Positions 59,101 to 64,000 of a stretch of 64,000 nucleotides of DNA are shown here, one piece after another (the stretch's first letter is position 1; each line of letters begins with the position of its first letter). The position numbers and the translations under genes were made by a program. The stretch is from Chitinophagales bacterium (GTDB lineage Bacteria; Bacteroidota; Bacteroidia; Chitinophagales; LD1), in assembly GCA_046329535.1 (NCBI GenBank), contig JAXLUN010000004.1, forward strand, positions 76,443 through 140,442, written 5' to 3'. Below the pieces are notes generated by a model, which saw nothing but the letters and a program-made list of their open reading frames with translations, did not search any database and was not told the DNA's origin.

Positions 59101-62100
59101 ACCCCTTCGGGGCAGGTAATGTGGAACAATGATTGCGCGAATGTGCAATGGGGCTGTGTAGAGGGCGTAGAAAGGATAAATATTACCGGGTTCGATTTTG
59201 ATTTTGCAGATTTTGACCCGCCCGTAATGAGAACCTGCGGGGTGTATTTTAATGCGTTTACAAACCATAACAATGAAACGGAAGGAAAAGGAGATGTGTT
59301 AGAAATAGGTTTAGAAAACACCGCTTCATTGGCAAGAAATTTTTTTCCATTCGAGTATAGAAACTGGATGAGGAAGAGGGATTTTGATGTTACTACCATT
59401 GCTAATTCCTGCTCGTTGCAAACTTCTCCGATTTTTCTTTGGATGAAACTTGTAATGACTACCGGTATTCCGGTTAATAACTCACTGTATCAATACAATC
59501 TTCTTCAAAATTTTACAACTGTAGCGCAAAATTGCAACAGTAATAACAATACATTATTTGGCTTTACATACGCCAATGCGGATTTACAGGGTTCTAATAC
59601 CGGAGTCGGTATGCGTTCGCCAGATGATATGCAGTTGTGGCGAGACCAGTCTTTTTTTGTAACCACACCTTGTACTACTCAATGCACTACCGGCATTGAG
59701 TTTTGTGTACGACAGGAGAATGATTTTAATCCTGATGTAACTATCAGCGGCAATACAAGTACTTTCAGCACCACACCCAATATTGCAGAAGGATTGGAGC
59801 CCAATATTCAATTAGTGCCGGACGGTCCTGATACCGAGAACGGAGAATTGACGGCAGTTGGCAGCAATACCCGATTTCTGCTTTCTAATTTTTCTACACC
59901 CGCCACAGTTCATCCGGAGTTAGTATGGAGTCAGTATCTTACACCGACCAACCCAATCGGAGTTAATGGGACCATAGTGTATGAGCTTCAGGTTGAAAAC
60001 CAATCTCTACTTGGCGATGCTCCCAACCCGTGGGTGTCTATTCATTTGCCTTTGCTTTCAGGTAGTTCTTTTTGGACAGGGGGTAGTGTAGAAATAATTG
60101 AGCCGGTTGCTTCAAATACTACATTGACCCCTCCCGGTTGTGGAAGTAACGGAACTACTACGGTAAATGGTGTAGGAGGGTTTCCTGATTATGCAGTACA
60201 ACCGGTTAATAGTTTTACGGAGATTGCCAACCTGCAAATGGTTCAGGTACCTATACCCACTTCGACAAACAACGCAGATTTAATTTTTCAGATTCCGCCT
60301 CAGGCAGGGCATCCGTATGATGTATTGCGCAGAACTGCTTTAGGTGATGGAAACAACAACTGCCCTTACCGTAAAAGCAATATGCGTGTGCGTATTACTT
60401 TAAACTACGATTGTGACAGAGTAGCCGAAGTGTTAGCTCTTTCTGCGCCACAGCACGATGCATTACAACCCTCTGTTTTTGCAGGTTATGCCTGTGATAA
60501 CGATATGGTACCTACCACCAATCCGATTTTTGATAATTTCTATACGAGTAATGCACCGGCAATAAATAACCAGACGAACGTAGCTCAACTTTTTGCGCAG
60601 CAAAGCTGCGATTATATAACGAGAGATCCTTTGCCTTTTGCTTTGGTAGGTACGGTGGTAACGCATGCGCAGTCGCCAGTAACGGGAAGCCAAATAGAAA
60701 TTTGTAACACCGATTTAAGTTTTAGCTGGAGCAATACAGGTGTGGGCGGATTAACCGGTGTTTCATTAGATGTAAGTAATTTGCCTATGGGTGTTACTTT
60801 GCCAGATCCCGTTTATTTTACGGTTGGCGGGCAAACGTATCCTGTTTCAGATACACTTAATACTAACACATATGATTTAAGTGCACACCTTGCCTCTCTG
60901 CCTACTCCTATTTCCTTTGTGCCGCAGGGAGAAACAGTAACTGCCACTATACACTTAGCTGCCGGATGCCATGCAGCGTTAGATGGAGAGTCATTAATTT
61001 TTACACAATACAGTCAGCCGTATTGTTATCCTTTAAACCCTTTGAATTCTACGGCATTTCAGCAGGTAACTAGTTATACCATTAATAGTGAGCCGTTAAA
61101 TCTTACGGCCAATATGTTAACCGATTGCAGTAACCAAGTTGAGTTTACGGCCAGTGGAGGATGTGGTAGTATTTATGAATGGAGGGAAGGCGGTGTGTTG
61201 CTGGGAACCGGTAATCCATTTACTTTTATGTTTAGTAGTGCCGGATTGCATACCGTAACGTGTAATTCGGGTGATTGCTCAGCCACTGTTGATGTGGATG
61301 TTGTACCGACTTTAGATGTAACCGTTACTGTGCAGCATGAGGTATGCGGATTAGCGAATGGGGAAGTTGAAGTTAGCGTAGGTAACGGCACAGCGGATTA
61401 TACTTATGATTTAGGCGGAACCGGACTTACCACTAACCAGGCGAACCACACCTTTGCAAATTTAGGAGCACATTTGTACACGTTAACTGTGAATGATGTG
61501 AACGGTTGCAGTTTTACAACACAGGTAGATATTAAGAGCATTACTGATCCGGTTGTTACTATTACTAAAGAAGCATTTACCTGTAAAGGACTTATTGAGT
61601 TAACTGCCACACCCGGCTTTGACAGTTATGAATGGAGTACACATGAAACCGGTAGCAGTATAGGAGTAGGTGTTGATGGTAACTATGGTGTAACTGCTAA
61701 TATAGGCGGCTGTAGTGCAAGTGCAGATATAAATGTAAGTGTTATGCCTACTGCATTTACTTTTCAAGGGCAAACTTATAATCCTGTAATAATTGGAGCT
61801 AATATGGCTAGTGTAACGAGTTTGACTAATGATTTGATTGTTCCCGGAATATTACCAAGTATCTCTACCTCAAAAAATTTGGTTGTCTATGGTAAACTTG
61901 TAATAGACCAGAATTATTGGTTTGAGATGGACCACGTTTGGATGGGAGAGGGTGCAGTGATAGAAATAGCACCAAGCACTTTGTTTGACATAACACAAAC
62001 AGGAAGCCTTGCGGTAGATATAAGGTCTGTTGGAAGTTGTATGTGGAGAGGGATAAAAACAGGAAAACTTGATGCCATAAGAATTAGAAATTTACACATA

Positions 62101-64000
62101 GAGGATGCTGAATATGCTGTTGAGTTAGCCGATTTGATAAAAGCACGAATAGTTAACTCAACGTTTAACAGAAACTTTACAGGTATTTACACAGCTACAC
62201 ACCCTACTGGCGGCACATACAATCTACAATCAACCATTATTAACAGCAATACGTTTGATTGCACGGCTCCGCTTTACGAACCTTATACTGGTATGTTGAC
62301 TGATTATCCTAATCAACCAAACACAGGCGAAATAACCACTACCCGCTGGAGTTGGGCAGGTGTAAATTTAAATGATGTTGGTTATATAGGCATAGGCGGT
62401 AAAAATCTTGCAACTGCCAACACTTTTAGAAATATATCCAACGGTATTTGGCTAAACCGCAGCAACGTAACCTTAACCTACAATAACTACATAGATTTAC
62501 CAGAAAGCAATCATGGAACAGCTTATCAGTTATTCACTAACCCTAACGCACCCATAACACCTAACACCCCCATACGAAACGGGTATGCGGTTTATGCCAG
62601 CGGAAATAATTTGGATTATGTATTAGAACTAACAAAAGATAATAATATGCAGGCATGCCATTACGGAGTGTATGCCAAGTTAGGAATGAATGTTTCTGTA
62701 AAAGGCGGTAACATGCAAAACATGATGTGCGGTATTTTGATACAAAATTGCAGAAACCGAAATATTGACATTGGCTCGTGCCATATCGGTATTAATAATA
62801 CTACACAATCTTATGGTAGTGGCAATTTTAAAGGTGTGGGTATAAAAATAGATAACAGTCGCTCGCCTTCTAATATAGGATACATATCGCTACACAACAA
62901 TCGCCTAAATATTACAGGAGGTAGTTTCTTTGCAAACAACACGTCAGCATCTAAAGGAGTTGGCATCAGCATTAACGATAACACAGCGAATAACGGAAGC
63001 CCTGTGGATGTAATTGACAATGGAATTGTATTAAAAGATGCTGAAACAGGTATGCGTTTTTTAGGCATTAGCGGACAAAATACGGCTGTGAATATTACCC
63101 ACAACCGGGTTTGGTTAGAGGGTATAAGCGCTAACAACACCAACAACAATAAAAATGGAGTAGAATTGAGCAACTGCGACCATGTTAGCATAGAAGAAAA
63201 CACTGTAAGCGGAATAGACGCCAATACTACTAATGGCAGTGCCAACGCTTTTTACCCGCGCGGTTTCCGCTTGCAGTATTCATCTAAAAATACAGTGCGA
63301 TGCAACCGAGCGTTTAATTTACGGAGCGGCTACCGGTTTGAAAGTGTTTGCGACAATACTGATTTTGCCAGTAACGATATTGGCGTAGATGCCACTACAC
63401 CTATAGAGGATGTGAATGGAAATATACTAAACACACACCCCGAGTATTACAATTACGTGGGTTTATATATTACTCCCAACGGCCAAGGCATTATAGGCCC
63501 ACAAACACCTAATAAGGGCAACCGGTGGTATGGTGGCAGTAACTACAGCACAAACCTTTTTAGCTCTAACAAGGCGGCTAAAAATTTGAATATAAATACT
63601 GTGCAATTTTACCCCATAGAGATAACGCCTTACGGTTCCTTTACAGATAATCAAAGCCCGGATAACCAAGATTTCGTAGCGCCACCTAATTTAAACTGGT
63701 TTCAAATAAATGCTACACCCGGCCAAGAATGCAGCCCAAGCGTCCCTGCCGCATTGGTAAATGGAGGCGGAGGAACTTTGCGGTTTACCGAGTTTGAAAA
63801 AAGTATAATAGCCGATGAATATGACCCGGTGCTTTACCCTGAAACCGGCAACTGGTTGGCTGACCGCTATGTTTACAAGAAATTGAGAGAGAATGAAACT
63901 GAATTAGCAATGGGAACAATAGAAAAGCAGTTTTATGACAGCTTATCAAACACGGCCATAAAAGATTTTGAGCAGATAGAAACCGAAAAAACTTTAGCCA
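56182..64000 (+). CDS. Giant secreted Cys-rich surface protein (3'-truncated by the window; at least 2606 codons) with an SprB/Ig-like segment and right-handed beta-helix (PbH1-like) repeats
   Basis: This ORF is not in the supplied track because it has no stop in the window. I read frame 1 line by line from the ATG at 56182 (preceded by an in-frame TAA at 56167) to 64000 and found no stop codon. The signal peptide is MKHKIYILLLFCIYVCLAVTTRAQS. An SprB-like unit is VCGLANGEVEVSVGNGTADYTYDL..YTLTVNDVNGC. The beta-helix rungs at ~62.1-63.4 kb include NSTFNRNFTGIY, HNNRLNITGGSF, THNRVWLEGIS and EENTVSGID. Confidence 0.9.
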   Translation, partial: MKHKIYILLLFCIYVCLAVTTRAQSIALTGGNVIQYCGANRVVSFTVDGMTSNNISGSFSMLGGTSSPFLNIVNITSSNPSVNIITGTLNATTVSYTLTVGTGNTEVIDLNVEIEPDCEIFDLYVSGQYHGFNGAYPIQRGISAQLGTNPTTDFPVTINFPLLAVSSTPVSGSQSTSCNLVWDNTNQAYRRTIRIVNNGEPMSLTGAEVRFVENFSSGLLNITSVTNQSNSVLTGALPAIPANPFYVTISGNNLSLAIDNTDGDANVWGQGEVLTMIEVIDDCPEFNSQIHVEYRCGEMPSGNYCYGSVPFTCQGTGSNTPVISATLSGFDPAFTPDYCYGTGNLNHFILQLTNTSATATDAALVKVFFANTVGSMTTFNFNTLAVTSSLGGAIAHSIVTSSAGVSVEFAANTYLHQYEVYTLTWDGSIGCPVGASCTDISSMYRRYEYEYEGGCELDNQYNKGPYAFFDPNTVSVYMGGLSVPPAIGPTSLVHTGTPGTDANEAVSTYEVNIPANVPYALWPGNGNNRAYILNFTLCEDMVFENNVDWGGGLVTSSAAIIPDVSVMIPGVTGWTSLNNLPSGISAMFQSYSGGSGITLTLPFGTSIGGVTVDEDFLNGLSFQIRVRPHCGSGNPQCALSVTASYVPDRTCATPCTIPIGCSIKRVNIQCPGCIISGIYSNVMYGERYSGDYGLIDDDDNGLADSQVSAFTSTNNQVRRKTLMYGDRVELNYNGEVNLGSGYFPSVSATANTLTAFGNLMAGSPTEQTYYAANQAKLGFNYAYLRVSFSDGDPIPGVGNHFADLMTASDGDGTDPHLLLTIHDGTNDYNFNLSTTNSGINNFMYRNTIAAGSTGGEDEYLYDISVATLNSIGPDVLPTGNGGFRYHDGVTIDAKLIYKLDRNVGVNNNFPYGLDEGISVGCYGSLRAVDIDNPTDWPVDRRYIQCSTPFTSQTVLTGACNNPNTLSTCNNPVNTPSGQVMWNNDCANVQWGCVEGVERINITGFDFDFADFDPPVMRTCGVYFNAFTNHNNETEGKGDVLEIGLENTASLARNFFPFEYRNWMRKRDFDVTTIANSCSLQTSPIFLWMKLVMTTGIPVNNSLYQYNLLQNFTTVAQNCNSNNNTLFGFTYANADLQGSNTGVGMRSPDDMQLWRDQSFFVTTPCTTQCTTGIEFCVRQENDFNPDVTISGNTSTFSTTPNIAEGLEPNIQLVPDGPDTENGELTAVGSNTRFLLSNFSTPATVHPELVWSQYLTPTNPIGVNGTIVYELQVENQSLLGDAPNPWVSIHLPLLSGSSFWTGGSVEIIEPVASNTTLTPPGCGSNGTTTVNGVGGFPDYAVQPVNSFTEIANLQMVQVPIPTSTNNADLIFQIPPQAGHPYDVLRRTALGDGNNNCPYRKSNMRVRITLNYDCDRVAEVLALSAPQHDALQPSVFAGYACDNDMVPTTNPIFDNFYTSNAPAINNQTNVAQLFAQQSCDYITRDPLPFALVGTVVTHAQSPVTGSQIEICNTDLSFSWSNTGVGGLTGVSLDVSNLPMGVTLPDPVYFTVGGQTYPVSDTLNTNTYDLSAHLASLPTPISFVPQGETVTATIHLAAGCHAALDGESLIFTQYSQPYCYPLNPLNSTAFQQVTSYTINSEPLNLTANMLTDCSNQVEFTASGGCGSIYEWREGGVLLGTGNPFTFMFSSAGLHTVTCNSGDCSATVDVDVVPTLDVTVTVQHEVCGLANGEVEVSVGNGTADYTYDLGGTGLTTNQANHTFANLGAHLYTLTVNDVNGCSFTTQVDIKSITDPVVTITKEAFTCKGLIELTATPGFDSYEWSTHETGSSIGVGVDGNYGVTANIGGCSASADINVSVMPTAFTFQGQTYNPVIIGANMASVTSLTNDLIVPGILPSISTSKNLVVYGKLVIDQNYWFEMDHVWMGEGAVIEIAPSTLFDITQTGSLAVDIRSVGSCMWRGIKTGKLDAIRIRNLHIEDAEYAVELADLIKARIVNSTFNRNFTGIYTATHPTGGTYNLQSTIINSNTFDCTAPLYEPYTGMLTDYPNQPNTGEITTTRWSWAGVNLNDVGYIGIGGKNLATANTFRNISNGIWLNRSNVTLTYNNYIDLPESNHGTAYQLFTNPNAPITPNTPIRNGYAVYASGNNLDYVLELTKDNNMQACHYGVYAKLGMNVSVKGGNMQNMMCGILIQNCRNRNIDIGSCHIGINNTTQSYGSGNFKGVGIKIDNSRSPSNIGYISLHNNRLNITGGSFFANNTSASKGVGISINDNTANNGSPVDVIDNGIVLKDAETGMRFLGISGQNTAVNITHNRVWLEGISANNTNNNKNGVELSNCDHVSIEENTVSGIDANTTNGSANAFYPRGFRLQYSSKNTVRCNRAFNLRSGYRFESVCDNTDFASNDIGVDATTPIEDVNGNILNTHPEYYNYVGLYITPNGQGIIGPQTPNKGNRWYGGSNYSTNLFSSNKAAKNLNINTVQFYPIEITPYGSFTDNQSPDNQDFVAPPNLNWFQINATPGQECSPSVPAALVNGGGGTLRFTEFEKSIIADEYDPVLYPETGNWLADRYVYKKLRENETELAMGTIEKQFYDSLSNTAIKDFEQIETEKTLA

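Noticed and set aside
1-64000. Search for tRNA, rRNA, integrase, transposase, prophage or defence-system genes
   Set aside because: No T-psi-C-like GGTTCGAATCC motifs or cloverleaf candidates were seen in the intergenic regions. No ORF showed recombinase, transposase, capsid/terminase, nuclease-helicase or Cas-like motifs. The compositionally odd regions therefore cannot be called mobile elements from this window alone.

Overview
This is a 64-kb window from a Bacteroidota-type genome. The evidence is T9SS type-A and type-B C-terminal sorting domains, SprB-type repeats, and a TTTG-N19-TAnnTTTG promoter. All calls come from reading the sequence and recognising motifs by eye; no searches or statistics were run. 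Layout: (i) 1-3.4 kb holds the 3' part of a SprB-repeat adhesin. (ii) 3.4-6.6 kb holds a small DNA-damage module of ogt, an XRE/S24 LexA-like repressor and dinB. (iii) 7.7-13.6 kb holds a four-gene minus-strand operon of a glycosyltransferase plus polytopic membrane proteins, including a TMTC/PMT-like TPR protein. (iv) 13.7-26.2 kb holds an unusual envelope/biosynthetic cluster. It encodes a radical SAM enzyme, a transglutaminase-fold lipoprotein, AsnB, a DxDD terpene-cyclase-like protein, a PhyH dioxygenase, a UbiA prenyltransferase, a sulfotransferase, a Wzm/Wzt exporter and a WecE-type aminotransferase. (v) 26.3-30.4 kb holds housekeeping genes rnz, a STAS protein and clpC. (vi) 30.8-47.1 kb is an accessory region. 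It contains lipoproteins, a TPR protein, an orphan LytTR regulator next to an 8 x 42-bp array of phased palindromes, small secreted proteins, a PKD/T9SS type-B giant protein, a beta-barrel OMP and a MORN protein. (vii) 47.8-50.3 kb holds an isolated rpsC-rplP-rpmC-rpsQ-rplN-rplX block with its own promoter and terminator, cut off from the rest of the S10/spc cluster. (viii) 50.9-55.5 kb is a GC-rich pair of genes, one of which is a tandem C-type-lectin T9SS protein. (ix) 55.6-55.9 kb holds a second 21-bp-phased repeat array. (x) 56182-64000 is a giant ORF of at least 2606 codons that is missing from the supplied track because it has no stop codon in the window. The most interesting candidates are the terpenoid/sulfation/export cluster, the three 21-bp-phased repeat loci around the orphan LytTR regulator with the cassette architecture they appear to head, and the orphan ribosomal-protein block.
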